Assembly: GCA_030650425.1 (NCBI GenBank)
Contig: JAUSED010000009.1
Location: 32,904-96,903 of the forward strand
Origin: Candidatus Omnitrophota bacterium
GTDB lineage: Bacteria; Omnitrophota; Gorgyraeia; Gygaellales; Profunditerraquicolaceae
Length of the DNA: 64,000 nt
Direction of reading: 5' to 3'
Positions 19,190 through 28,901 of the stretch are shown in pieces. Made by a program: the position numbers and the translations under genes. The notes under the pieces are model-generated. The model searched no databases. It was not told the DNA's origin and was given only the letters and a program-made list of their open reading frames with translations. How positions within the stretch are numbered: position 1 is the stretch's first letter; each line of letters begins with the position of its first letter.

Positions 19190-20644
19190 ATGGAACTTTA
19201 TAAATTAACTGCTCACGAACTCCTCGAAAAATTAAAGAATAAAGAAATAACCGCGGAAGAAATCTCCTCAAGTTTAGCTAAGAGAATTGAGGATGTGGAT
19301 GTTGAGGTTAAAGCATATGTGAGGACTCCAGAAAAATGGGGACAAAAAAGGGGACAGTCCCCAGAAAAAGGGGACAGTCCCCTTTTTTTCGAAACAAAAG
19401 GCATTCCTGTATCTATAAAAGATAATATCTGTACCGATGGTTATAGCACTGAATGCTGTTCAAAAATTCTCGAAGGTTTTAAGCCGCCCTATAATGCGAC
19501 GGTAATCAATAAAATAAACGAGGCTGGACATAGTTTTCTGGGTTTAAAGTGCAATATGGATGAATTCGCTTTTGGTTCATCCACCGAAAATTCCTGTTTT
19601 GGCCCGACGCGTAATCCTTGGAATTTAGAATCTGTTCCCGGCGGTTCTTCCGGAGGCTCAGCAGCGGCAGTGGCCGGGGATGAAGCAATTTGGGCCCTGG
19701 GTTCGGATACTGGCGGCTCTATCCGTCAACCTGCTTCTTTCTGCGGAGTGGTGGGATTAAAGCCGACCTATGGAAGGGTTTCGCGTTATGGTTTAATCGC
19801 TTTTGCCTCCAGCCTTGATCAAATCGGGCCGCTGACTAAAGATGCGCGGGACTCGGCGCTGCTAATGAATATAATTTCCGGCTTTGACCCGCTTGATTCC
19901 ACCTCGATCAATATTCCTGTTCCTGATTATACTAAGGATTTGATTAACGACGCCAAAGGTTTAAAGATCGGTATTCCCAAAGAATATTTTGTAGAGGGCC
20001 TTGATCCTGAAGTTAAATCAATAGTTGAAGAAGCGATTGATAAATTAAAGGGCTTGGGAGCGCAATTTAAAGAAGTTTCCCTGCCGCACACAGAATACGC
20101 TGTCCCAGTTTATTACATCATCGCTACTGCCGAAGCCAGTTCTAATTTAGCCCGTTTTGATGGCGTGCAATATGGTTTAAGGGCTAAGACGCAAGGGTTG
20201 ATTGATATGTATAAGAAAACGCGCCAACTCGGATTTGGCGACGAGGCTAAGCGCAGGATAATCTTAGGGACATTCGCGCTTTCACACGGCTATTACGACG
20301 CTTATTACCTGAGGGCATTAAAGGTACGCACGCTGATTAAACAGGATTTTGACAATGTATTTAAGGATTTTGATTGTATTGTTACGCCTACATCGCCTAC
20401 CGCGGCCTTTAAAATCGGTGACAAAGTAGATGATCCGCTTAAAATGTATTTATCGGATATCTACACCATCTCGGTAAATTTAGCCGGGATTCCGGCGATC
20501 TCCATTCCGTGCGGATTTACCAAAAAAGGATTACCGGTAGGCTTACAAATTTTAAGCAGGCATTTTAATGAAAGCGCGCTTTTTCGCTTAGCCTATACCT
20601 ACGAACAGAATACTGAGTGGCATAAAATGAAACCAAAATTATGA
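19190..20644 (+). CDS. gatA: Asp/Glu-tRNA amidotransferase subunit A
   Basis: [34 protein letters not shown]. Confidence 0.97.
   Translation: MELYKLTAHELLEKLKNKEITAEEISSSLAKRIEDVDVEVKAYVRTPEKWGQKRGQSPEKGDSPLFFETKGIPVSIKDNICTDGYSTECCSKILEGFKPPYNATVINKINEAGHSFLGLKCNMDEFAFGSSTENSCFGPTRNPWNLESVPGGSSGGSAAAVAGDEAIWALGSDTGGSIRQPASFCGVVGLKPTYGRVSRYGLIAFASSLDQIGPLTKDARDSALLMNIISGFDPLDSTSINIPVPDYTKDLINDAKGLKIGIPKEYFVEGLDPEVKSIVEEAIDKLKGLGAQFKEVSLPHTEYAVPVYYIIATAEASSNLARFDGVQYGLRAKTQGLIDMYKKTRQLGFGDEAKRRIILGTFALSHGYYDAYYLRALKVRTLIKQDFDNVFKDFDCIVTPTSPTAAFKIGDKVDDPLKMYLSDIYTISVNLAGIPAISIPCGFTKKGLPVGLQILSRHFNESALFRLAYTYEQNTEWHKMKPKL
19331..19390. repeat. GGGGACAGTCCCC palindromes inside gatA
   Basis: Full copies at 19350-19362 and 19370-19382, partial at 19338-19344; translated [20 protein letters not shown]. 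Confidence 0.9.
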
Positions 20645-22077
20645 AATACGAACCGGTCATCGGATTAGAAGTGCATTTGCATTTAAATACTAAAACCAAG
20701 GCTTTTTGCGGCTGCTCTACGCAATTCGGCAGTGAACCCAATGCGCAAGTCTGTCCTGTATGCTTAGGTTTTCCCGGGTCACTCCCGGTTTATAACCAGA
20801 CTGCCCTGGATTATGCTATCAAAGTTGCCTTAGCCTTAAATTGCAAGGTTCAGGAACATACCAAGTTTGACCGGAAAAATTATTTTTATCCTGATTTGCC
20901 TAAAAATTACCAGATTTCACAATATGATTTGCCGCTTTCTATGCACGGGTTTCTGGATATCGAACTCGGCGGTCAAGAAAAACGCATTGGTATAACCCGG
21001 GTACATATGGAAGAGGACGCGGGAAAGCTCATTCATCAGGAAGATTGCAGCCTGGTAGATTTTAACCGCACCGGAATTCCGCTTTTAGAGATTGTCAGCG
21101 AACCGGATCTAAACTCTCCTGAGGAAGCTTATGAGTATTTATCCACCCTTAAGAGCGTCATTGAATACTTGGATGTCTCGGATTGCGATATGGAAAAAGG
21201 ATCGCTGCGCTGTGATGCCAATATATCCTTAAGGCCGGCAGGCTCAAAAACCTTAGGGGTAAAAACAGAGCTGAAGAACATGAATTCATTTAAGGGTGTA
21301 AAAGATGCCTTAGCTTTTGAGATAGGGCGTCAAAATAAATTATTGGAATCAGCAGAGACATTACTTCAAGAAACCCGGCTTTGGAATGCTAAATCTTCGG
21401 AAACACTTCCGATGCGCGTCAAAGAAGGAGCTAAGGATTACCGCTATTTTCCTGAGCCGGATTTACCCGCGCTTATAATCACGGAAAGTAAGATAGCGGA
21501 AATAAAAAATACGATTCCGGAATTACCTAAAGAAAAAATGAGACGTTTTATTAAAGATTATGGGCTGTCGGAATATGACGCGAAAGTATTAACCGCTTCC
21601 AAGTGGACAGCGCGATTCAGCGAAGAAACGATGCGTAAATTTAGCGCGGTTAATAAAAAACCGGTGGCGAATTGGATCATTGGGCCGTTAGCAGGCATAG
21701 CCGGAAATAAATCCTGTGAAATCTCCGCGCTGAGAATTTCGGCTGATCAGCTTGTGGATTTGATCGAATTAGTTGAGAAAAAACAGGTTATTTCAAACTT
21801 GACCGGCAAGGTTGTTTTGGAAGAGATGGCTAATACCGGTAAGCATCCCCAAAAAATAATCGAAGAAAAAAATTTGGCCCAGATTTCCGATTCAACCAGT
21901 TTGAATAGTGTTATTGCCGGGGTGATCAAGGAAAATCCCAAGTCTGTCGCGGATTATAAGACAGGAAAAGCGAATGCCCTGATGTTTCTGGTCGGACAGG
22001 CAATGCGTAAAAGCGCGGGAAAGGCCAACCCTAAAATGCTACAGACGTTATTAAAGGAGCGTTTGGATAGTGAATAA
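20641..22077 (+). CDS. gatB: Asp/Glu-tRNA amidotransferase subunit B
   Basis: [43 protein letters not shown]. Confidence 0.98.
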   Translation: MKYEPVIGLEVHLHLNTKTKAFCGCSTQFGSEPNAQVCPVCLGFPGSLPVYNQTALDYAIKVALALNCKVQEHTKFDRKNYFYPDLPKNYQISQYDLPLSMHGFLDIELGGQEKRIGITRVHMEEDAGKLIHQEDCSLVDFNRTGIPLLEIVSEPDLNSPEEAYEYLSTLKSVIEYLDVSDCDMEKGSLRCDANISLRPAGSKTLGVKTELKNMNSFKGVKDALAFEIGRQNKLLESAETLLQETRLWNAKSSETLPMRVKEGAKDYRYFPEPDLPALIITESKIAEIKNTIPELPKEKMRRFIKDYGLSEYDAKVLTASKWTARFSEETMRKFSAVNKKPVANWIIGPLAGIAGNKSCEISALRISADQLVDLIELVEKKQVISNLTGKVVLEEMANTGKHPQKIIEEKNLAQISDSTSLNSVIAGVIKENPKSVADYKTGKANALMFLVGQAMRKSAGKANPKMLQTLLKERLDSE

Positions 22078-23269
22078 GAAAATTATCGCCTTATTAATGG
22101 TGATCATCGTGCTTTTAGCTTGTGCTACTTTGGCGATTTCCTTTGATAAGAAAAAGAGCAATGATTTGTACCGGCAGGTCGAACTTTTTTCGGATGTCTT
22201 GGCGGTTGTGGATACGGATTATGTGGATGAAGTAAAGCCAAAGGATCTGATTTATGGCGCTTTAAAAGGCATGCTCTCTTCCTTGGATCCGCACAGCCAG
22301 TTTATGGACGCGGATACTTACAATGAATTAAAATCGGATACCGAAGGGCAATTCGGCGGCTTAGGAATCGAGATCTCCTTGAAAGACGGGCTACTCACGA
22401 TCATTACGCCGATCGAGGATACTCCGGCTTGGCAGGCAGGGCTAAAAGCAGGAGACCGGATTGTGAAAGTTAATAATCAGTTAACCCGGGGAATAGACCT
22501 AAGCGAAGCGATGAAAAAGCTGCGCGGTAAACCGGGTGAAATAGTTAAGCTGACTATCTTGCGGGAGTCAGAGAAAAAGTTACTGGAGTTTTCGATTACC
22601 CGCGCAATCATCAAAATTAACGATATTAAAGAGGCGAAAGTATTGGAAGGAGGTATCGGTTATATCCGCATGTTGGAATTCAGGGATAACACTCCTAAGG
22701 ATTTTAATGCCGCGATTAAAAAGTTAGTTAAACTTAAAATGGACTCTCTGATATTGGATTTACGCAATAATCCGGGAGGAGTGCTGGAGAGCGCTTTAGA
22801 GATAACCGGAAAATTTATCCCCGAAGGGAAATTGATTGCTTATACTAAGGGCAGAAAAGAGAACCAAAATTTACAATTTAAGGCGCAAGCCAAGCATCCG
22901 ATGCTTAACTTGCCTATGGTGATATTAATCAATGAAGGGTCGGCTTCCGGAAGCGAGATTCTCGCCGGGGCATTGCAGGATTATAAACGAGCGGTAATTT
23001 TAGGGGAAAAATCTTTTGGTAAGGGCTCGGTGCAAACAGTTATACCTTTAAGCGACGGCTCGGCATTGAGATTGACGACCAGTAAATATTTTACTCCTTC
23101 GGGTAAAATTATCCATGGGAAAGGGGTTATCCCCGATCTAGTCGTAAGTAACGGGATTAAAAAAGAAAAAGATGAAGGGCCTTGGGAATACAAGTCGGAT
23201 TTACAGGTTATGGCGGCGGTCAATCTTATAAAGAAAGGGATTGCTTTGCCCCTTCGGGGCTCGCAATGA
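22070..23269 (+). CDS. ctpA: Carboxyl-terminal processing protease (S41)
   Basis: LDPHS, PDZ GGLGIEI, DLRNNPGG, SASGSEI, SFGKGSVQ. Confidence 0.93.
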   Translation: MNKKIIALLMVIIVLLACATLAISFDKKKSNDLYRQVELFSDVLAVVDTDYVDEVKPKDLIYGALKGMLSSLDPHSQFMDADTYNELKSDTEGQFGGLGIEISLKDGLLTIITPIEDTPAWQAGLKAGDRIVKVNNQLTRGIDLSEAMKKLRGKPGEIVKLTILRESEKKLLEFSITRAIIKINDIKEAKVLEGGIGYIRMLEFRDNTPKDFNAAIKKLVKLKMDSLILDLRNNPGGVLESALEITGKFIPEGKLIAYTKGRKENQNLQFKAQAKHPMLNLPMVILINEGSASGSEILAGALQDYKRAVILGEKSFGKGSVQTVIPLSDGSALRLTTSKYFTPSGKIIHGKGVIPDLVVSNGIKKEKDEGPWEYKSDLQVMAAVNLIKKGIALPLRGSQ

Positions 23270-23270
23270 C
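23237..23270. repeat. 3' half of the GCAATGAC palindromic element, forming the end of ctpA
   Basis: GGGATTGCTT...CTCGCAATGAC shared with 15424-15458; supplies GIALPLRGSQ and the TGA stop. Confidence 0.75.
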
Positions 23271-23279
23271 AGTTTTTTA

Positions 23280-24041
23280 ATGAAAAAACTTGCCACCATT
23301 ATTCTGATATTGGTTATTTTATTCGCACTAATCGCCTTTCTTACCAGAAAACCTCAGAAGGCAGTCAGCTTTAAGCCAGTGATCAAGGGAAGGATTGCTA
23401 TTGTCCTAGATGACTGGGGGTATAATTTAAATAATCTACGGAGTATAGAAGAAATAAAATATCCCCTTACCGCATCAATTTTACCTAATATTGCCTATAC
23501 CCGAAAAGTCGCTGAAGAATTACATTCGAGGGGTTTTGAAGTAATTTTACACCTGCCTATGGAGCCGGAAGAAAAGTTGAGCCTGGAAAAAAACACCATC
23601 AAAACCTCGATGGAGAAAACCCAAATTTTGAATATTCTGGATAGTGATTTGAGCAGCATTGCCTACGCTGACGGAGTATCAAATCATATGGGGTCTAAAG
23701 CGACAAGCGACTTAAAGACGATGGAAGTTATTTTTAAGGAATTAAAAAATCGGCATCTTTACTTTCTGGATAGTTTTGTAACCTCGAAGTCTGTCTGTTC
23801 GGATTTAGCGCGTAAAATTGGGCTGAGGTCATTTACGAGGGATGTATTTTTGGATAATCTGGAAGAGCGCGAGTATATCAAACAACAAATTTATAAACTT
23901 AAAGCTAAAGCAAGGGCAAAGGGATTTGCCATTGGGATAGGCCATGACCGTAAGGTTACCTTAGAGGTTTTAAGAGAGGTTATGCCGCAGATAGCCAAAG
24001 AAGGGTATAAATTTGTGTTTTTATCGGAGCTATCAAGATGA
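23280..24041 (+). CDS. Divergent polysaccharide deacetylase family protein
   Basis: IAIVLDDWG, LHLPMEP, NHMGS, YFLDS, RDVFLDN, IGIGH; N-terminal TM; start moved to ATG 23280. Confidence 0.9.
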   Translation: MKKLATIILILVILFALIAFLTRKPQKAVSFKPVIKGRIAIVLDDWGYNLNNLRSIEEIKYPLTASILPNIAYTRKVAEELHSRGFEVILHLPMEPEEKLSLEKNTIKTSMEKTQILNILDSDLSSIAYADGVSNHMGSKATSDLKTMEVIFKELKNRHLYFLDSFVTSKSVCSDLARKIGLRSFTRDVFLDNLEEREYIKQQIYKLKAKARAKGFAIGIGHDRKVTLEVLREVMPQIAKEGYKFVFLSELSR

Positions 24042-25027
24042 TTGTTCTAGGGCTTGAGACTTCCTGCGATGAGACCTCCGCGGCGGTGGTGAAAAACGGG
24101 AAGAAGATAATTTCTTGCGCGGTGGCCTCCAGCCTTGAATTCCATAAAAAATACGGAGGGGTAATTCCGGAGATTGCTTCGCGCGCTCAACTGGAAACAA
24201 TTACCGGAATCACGGATTGCGCGATACGGGAAGCGAAAATAAAATTAAGGGATATTAACTTGATTAGCGTAACCAGCGGCCCGGGGTTAATCGGTTCATT
24301 GTTAGTGGGCATTTCATTCGCCAAGGCCCTATCTTTAAGTTTAAATAAGCCATTATTGGGGATTAATCACGTCTATAGCCATTTTTACGCTAATTTCCTA
24401 AGCGGGGAAAAGATAAGATTACCATTTATGGCTTTAGTTGTTTCCGGCGGCCATACAAACTTATTTTTTGTCCGCGATTTTGATAAAATAGAGCTCCTCG
24501 GCCAGACTCAGGACGATGCCTGTGGAGAGGCCTTTGATAAAGTAGCTAAGATTCTAAATTTGGGTTACCCCGGGGGCCCAGCGATCGAGAAAATAGCCCT
24601 GCGCGGGAATCCCGATAAGATTAAATTTAATTGTTCCGGCACGAAGAATGAATTAGATTTTAGTTTTAGCGGAATTAAAACCGCCGTCTTGTATTATGTT
24701 AGAGATCGAAAGACAAAAGTCAGAAGACAGGATACTGCTGATCTTGCGGCGAGTTTTCAGGAAGCTGTCATTGATACGCTTGTGAGAAAGGCACTCTTAG
24801 CCTGCAAGTTAAAAAAAATAAACCGGTTGGTTATAGGTGGAGGGGTAGCGGCAAATAGCCGGTTAAGGGGTAAATTTAATCAAGCTGCCCGGAAATTTAA
24901 TTTAAACTGTTATTTCCCGCCAAGCTCTCTTTGTATGGATAACGCCGCGATGATCGCGGGCTTAGCATATCAACTATTTAAAAAAGGCCATTGCTCAGGC
25001 TTAGGCTTGAGCGCGGAATTAAACTAG
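24038..25027 (+). CDS. tsaD: tRNA threonylcarbamoyladenosine synthesis protein TsaD
   Basis: LGLETSCDET, GGVIPEIASR, VSGGHT, DDACGEAFDKVA, FSFSGIKT, DNAAMI. Confidence 0.96.
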   Translation: MIVLGLETSCDETSAAVVKNGKKIISCAVASSLEFHKKYGGVIPEIASRAQLETITGITDCAIREAKIKLRDINLISVTSGPGLIGSLLVGISFAKALSLSLNKPLLGINHVYSHFYANFLSGEKIRLPFMALVVSGGHTNLFFVRDFDKIELLGQTQDDACGEAFDKVAKILNLGYPGGPAIEKIALRGNPDKIKFNCSGTKNELDFSFSGIKTAVLYYVRDRKTKVRRQDTADLAASFQEAVIDTLVRKALLACKLKKINRLVIGGGVAANSRLRGKFNQAARKFNLNCYFPPSSLCMDNAAMIAGLAYQLFKKGHCSGLGLSAELN

Positions 25028-25047
25028 CCATTGACAAGGGGGTTAAA

Positions 25048-25497
25048 ATGCTTACAGACAGCCAAATTATTGTTCGTTTGGTACTAAGCGTAATTTTAAG
25101 CGGGTTGATTGGATTCGAAAGGCAACTGCACAAAAGGAATGCCGGGTTGCGCACGCATATTTTAGTTGCTTTGGGTTCTTGTCTTATAATGTTGACATCC
25201 ATCTATGTTTTTGATATATATAAAGATATAGCCAAGGCTGACCCGGCGCGGATTGCCGCGGGAGTAATCACCGGTATTGGGTTTTTAGGCGCGGGTACGA
25301 TTATTCGCGATAGAGAGGGAGTTAGAGGCCTTACTACCGCTGCCAGCCTTTGGGTTGTGGCAGGTATTGGTTTAGCTGCTGGATGCGGTTTTCTTAACGC
25401 GTCAGTTTACGCTACGGTTTTAGCTTTGATTGTCCTTTTCTTTTTAAGATACTTTGAGTCAATAGTTTTTAACGACGATAATGATAAGCAGCACTAA
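25048..25497 (+). CDS. MgtC/SapB family membrane protein
   Basis: IGFERQ..KRNAGLRTH, DPARIAAGVITGIGFLGAG, GLTTAASLW; start moved to ATG 25048. Confidence 0.92.
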   Translation: MLTDSQIIVRLVLSVILSGLIGFERQLHKRNAGLRTHILVALGSCLIMLTSIYVFDIYKDIAKADPARIAAGVITGIGFLGAGTIIRDREGVRGLTTAASLWVVAGIGLAAGCGFLNASVYATVLALIVLFFLRYFESIVFNDDNDKQH

Positions 25498-25573
25498 ACA
25501 TTGATACCGCACATAGTGCGGTATCAAACAAGCCATAAGCACCAGAGGTATGGCTTGTTTGAGGAGGTGGGAT

Positions 25574-26077
25574 ATGGCTTTTAAGAAAAAGCTGGAAGAA
25601 AAGATTTTAGATGTCGATGCCTCCATGCAAGGGACATTAAGTTTTAAAGACGCGGTAAATTTACGGATTAACGGGAAATTTGAAGGCACTCTTGAAACTA
25701 AAGGGAATTTGACCATAGGCCCTACCGCGGTAGTAACCGCGGATATTAACGGTGATAATATTATTATCGGAGGCAGGGTCAGAGGGAGGATCACCGCCAG
25801 AGAGAGACTAACCATTTTACCTGCAGCTATGGTTGAGGGAGATATCTTTCCGGCTAAATTAAATATTGCTGAGGGCGCGATTTTAGAAGGCAGGTGCTGC
25901 ATGCTGCATGATTTTCTAAATGCCGAGGAGCTGGCCAGGTATCTGGAAGTTGATCTTAATTCTATCATGGAATGGGCAAATTCGGGTAAGGTCCCGGGCC
26001 ACAAAGAGGGCGATGCCTGGAAATTCGAGAGAAAGGCGATTGATTCTTGGGTAGGTTCGGGGAAGATCGATAAATAA
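25574..26077 (+). CDS. Bactofilin fused to a C-terminal excisionase-type (HTH_17) DNA-binding domain
   Basis: Beta-helix repeats (LRINGKFEGTL, LTIGPTAVVTADI, IIIGGRVRGRI, LNIAEGAILEG) then FLNAEELARYLEV...WANSGKVPG.K.G..WKF; SD GAGGAGGTG before ATG 25574. Confidence 0.88.
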   Translation: MAFKKKLEEKILDVDASMQGTLSFKDAVNLRINGKFEGTLETKGNLTIGPTAVVTADINGDNIIIGGRVRGRITARERLTILPAAMVEGDIFPAKLNIAEGAILEGRCCMLHDFLNAEELARYLEVDLNSIMEWANSGKVPGHKEGDAWKFERKAIDSWVGSGKIDK

Positions 26078-26088
26078 AAAATTAAACT

Positions 26089-26397
26089 ATGAGCAATGAA
26101 AAACTTTTAACGGTAAGAGAAGTTTCCCTGCTATTAAGTATTTCGGAAAAAGAGGTGATCGATCTGGCAGAGACCGGGATTATACCGGCGTACAAGGTAG
26201 GAGGAGTTTACCTGCGTTTTAAGAGAGAACAGGTGCTGGGATACCAGAAGACACTGCGTCCGTTTACCGCTAAAGTTGAATCAGTCTCCAACAGCCCGCT
26301 CCAGGATAAAATAAGCGATTTTTTCTATTTCAACGATTTCTATATACTCTCCGCGGGCCTGATAGTTTTATTACTCGTAATCATCCTGGGGAGTTAA
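26089..26397 (+). CDS. Excisionase-type HTH protein with C-terminal transmembrane helix
   Basis: LLTVREVSLLL...G.IPAYKVGG..LRF, then hydrophobic tail FYILSAGLIVLLLVIILGS. Confidence 0.85.
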   Translation: MSNEKLLTVREVSLLLSISEKEVIDLAETGIIPAYKVGGVYLRFKREQVLGYQKTLRPFTAKVESVSNSPLQDKISDFFYFNDFYILSAGLIVLLLVIILGS

Positions 26398-26408
26398 ATC
26401 CAGATACA

Positions 26409-27077
26409 ATGTCTTCAAAATCCGGTTTTTGCGATTTAGGATTTGCCAAGGTGGATATAGATAGAAAGCAACGCCGTGGTTTTGCCGAAGCAATCTACTG
26501 CGCGGGTAAAACCCGGGAACATATTAAAAATATAGCCTGCCAATTGATCAAGAACAGGCAGGATGTATTGCTTACCAGATTAGATAAGCAAACCTTCGAT
26601 TATCTTAAAAAACAAATTCCCGGTTTAAAATATAATCTTTTAGCCAAGATTGGTTTTTTAACCAAGAGGCCTAGCTTAGCAAAAAAAGGATTAGTTTTAG
26701 TTATTTCAGCCGGCACGGCGGATCTGCCGGTAGCGGAAGAGGCGGCAGTAACCCTGGAGGTTATGGGTAATCGGGTAAAAAGATTGTATGATGTGGGTGT
26801 AGCGGGAGTGCATCGTATTATGCACCATGCCGGGCTTTTAAAAAAAGCTAAGGTGATTATTGTGGCTGCCGGAATGGAAGGAGCCTTAGCCAGCTTAGTC
26901 AGCGGATTGGTAAGCGTTCCTGTTGTCGCGGTTCCGACTAGTTGTGGATACGGCGCAAGTTTCGCCGGGCTTTCCGCGTTATTGACGATGCTCAATAGCT
27001 GTTCTCCGGGAATTGCTACGGTGAATATCGATAACGGTTTCGGCGCCGGATATTTTGCCAGTTTGGTAAATAAATGA
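26409..27077 (+). CDS. larB: Nickel-pincer cofactor biosynthesis protein LarB (PurE-like)
   Basis: RRGFAEAIY..GKT, AGTADLPVAEEA, DVGVAG.HR, AGMEGAL, PTS.GYG, VNIDNGFGA. Confidence 0.93.
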   Translation: MSSKSGFCDLGFAKVDIDRKQRRGFAEAIYCAGKTREHIKNIACQLIKNRQDVLLTRLDKQTFDYLKKQIPGLKYNLLAKIGFLTKRPSLAKKGLVLVISAGTADLPVAEEAAVTLEVMGNRVKRLYDVGVAGVHRIMHHAGLLKKAKVIIVAAGMEGALASLVSGLVSVPVVAVPTSCGYGASFAGLSALLTMLNSCSPGIATVNIDNGFGAGYFASLVNK

Positions 27078-27475
27078 TTTCATTAAAAGAAGCTATAAAA
27101 TTTCATGGGCATCTTGGGCCATATTTAATTTTGGGGATTATAGCCGGAAATTTAGGCTTAAAGAAGTTAGGCGTTAAGAAATATTTTGATTTGCGGGTTT
27201 TGGTTTACGGAGCAAATAAAAAACCAAAATCTTGCCTGATTGACGGTTTGCAGTTATCCACCGGAGCTACCTATGGGAAGGGGAACATTCAAAAATACGC
27301 GGCTAAGGAAATAAAGATAGTCATCCGGAATTTAAAAAACAATAAGGCTGTTATTATCACTTTGGGAGAATTCTTAGAGGAAAGACTAGCTGCTTTAAAA
27401 GGCCATAGCGACTCGGAAAATTTCGCTAAGGGATTATTAAAATCAGATTATCGCGAAATATTTAGATTAAACTAA
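27074..27475 (+). CDS. FmdE family protein
   Basis: FHGHLGPYLILG, SCLIDGLQLSTGATYGKGN. Confidence 0.88.
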   Translation: MISLKEAIKFHGHLGPYLILGIIAGNLGLKKLGVKKYFDLRVLVYGANKKPKSCLIDGLQLSTGATYGKGNIQKYAAKEIKIVIRNLKNNKAVIITLGEFLEERLAALKGHSDSENFAKGLLKSDYREIFRLN

Positions 27476-27488
27476 GGAGAATATAACC

Positions 27489-28817
27489 ATGGCTTTGTCA
27501 GGTTTGGATATTTATAAGTTGCTTCCTAAAACAAATTGCCGCGAATGCGGTTTTGCTACTTGTTTAGCTTTCGCTATGCAACTGGCCAAGAAAGCTGTTG
27601 GTATTGATAAATGTCCGCATTTGACCTCTGAAGTAAAGGGAAAGTTAGAAGCGCAATCCCAGCCGCCGATAAAATTAATTACCATTGGCTCAGGAGAAAC
27701 GCGATTAGAGATCGGGAATGAAAATGTGATGTTCAGGCATGAAGAAAAATTTTTCCGGCCTGCCGGAATCGGTTTTATAGTTGAGGATAATTCTACGGAC
27801 GCCGAAATTAAAACCAAGATAGAAAAAATCAATGAACTAAAATTTGAGCGCGTCGGCCAGCGTTTAGAGGTTAATCTCGTAGCCATAAGGCAGAATAAGG
27901 ATGCCAAAAGATTTATTGACGTTGTTCAGCTTGTATCAGTAAACACTCCTTTAAGCCTGGTCTTGATGAGCCCTGATGCGCAAGCCTTAAAAGGGGCTTT
28001 GGAGATTTTAAAAGGCAGGAACCCTTTAATTTATCATGCTACCAAAGAAAATTTAACCGCGCTTACGCAGCTAGCCAAGGATTACAAGGTACCCTTAGTT
28101 GCTCAAGGTGACGATCTTGAGAAAGTCAGCGAATTAACAGCTGAGCTTTCGAAACAAGGTGTAAATGATTTAATTATAGAGACTGGTAAAAAGCCGATAT
28201 CCGAAAAGGTATGGGATCTGACTCAAATTAGAAGGCTTGCTTTAAAAAAATCTAACCGCGGCCTTGGCTATCCTTCTTTAGTTGTGGTTGAGCAGAATGA
28301 TGTTTACGCGGAGGCGCAAGAAGCGGCAACCTATATTACAAAATACGCCGGGATTGTTTTGCTTAAAGGAATCGAGTCTTGGGCTGTTTTGTCGCTTTTG
28401 ACCTTGCGGCAAAATATTTATACTGATCCGCAAAAACCGCTTCAGATCGAACCTAAGCTTTATCCGATAGGGCAGGTAAACGATAAGTCTCCGGTTTTAG
28501 TCACGACTAATTTTTCACTTTCATATTATACTGTTTTGGGGGAAGTGGAGGCAAGTAAGATTCCCGCGTATATTATCAGTATAGATACAGAAGGAATGTC
28601 AGTATTGACTGCTTGGGCTGCGGAAAAATTTACCCCTCAAAAGATTAACGAATCGATAAACAAATTCGGGGTAAAGGACGCGATTTCGCATAAGCGCTTG
28701 GTTATTCCCGGGTATGTCGCGGTAATGAGCGGAGAGTTGCAGGACGAATCAGGATTTGAAATTATCGTCGGGCCGAAAGAAGCGGCAGGAATACCATCAT
28801 TTTTGAAGAATTTATAA
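27489..28817 (+). CDS. acsC: Corrinoid iron-sulfur protein large subunit (AcsC/CdhE)
   Basis: LPKTNCRECGFATCLAFAM Fe-S motif, RQNIYTDPQKP, TTNFSL, GMSVLTAWAA, IPGYVA. Confidence 0.95.
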   Translation: MALSGLDIYKLLPKTNCRECGFATCLAFAMQLAKKAVGIDKCPHLTSEVKGKLEAQSQPPIKLITIGSGETRLEIGNENVMFRHEEKFFRPAGIGFIVEDNSTDAEIKTKIEKINELKFERVGQRLEVNLVAIRQNKDAKRFIDVVQLVSVNTPLSLVLMSPDAQALKGALEILKGRNPLIYHATKENLTALTQLAKDYKVPLVAQGDDLEKVSELTAELSKQGVNDLIIETGKKPISEKVWDLTQIRRLALKKSNRGLGYPSLVVVEQNDVYAEAQEAATYITKYAGIVLLKGIESWAVLSLLTLRQNIYTDPQKPLQIEPKLYPIGQVNDKSPVLVTTNFSLSYYTVLGEVEASKIPAYIISIDTEGMSVLTAWAAEKFTPQKINESINKFGVKDAISHKRLVIPGYVAVMSGELQDESGFEIIVGPKEAAGIPSFLKNL

Positions 28818-28822
28818 CTACG

Positions 28823-28880
28823 CTAGGGGACACTTTCCTTTAGCAGCTTAGTAAGAGCCCTGACGGAAAGTGTCCCCTGA
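28823..28880. repeat. GGGGACACTTTCC...GGAAAGTGTCCCC miniature element
   Basis: 14-bp inverted repeats; shares AGAGCCCTGACGGAAAGTGTCCCCT with the 18742-18800 copy. Confidence 0.9.
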
Positions 28881-28901
28881 TAGTGCCCTGTAGTGTGAGA
28901 T

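Noticed and set aside
18728-19390. GGGGAC repeats as a CRISPR array
   Set aside because: Repeats are inverted, short and irregularly spaced, with no unique spacers of constant length and no cas genes.
25031-25050. TTGACA...TAAAAT as an mgtC promoter
   Set aside because: Spacing is only about 7 nt; the G-run is better explained as a ribosome-binding site.
25574-26397. Excisionase-like HTH genes as a prophage or ICE remnant
   Set aside because: No integrase, att site or phage genes; the domains are fused to bactofilin or a TM helix within a housekeeping operon.
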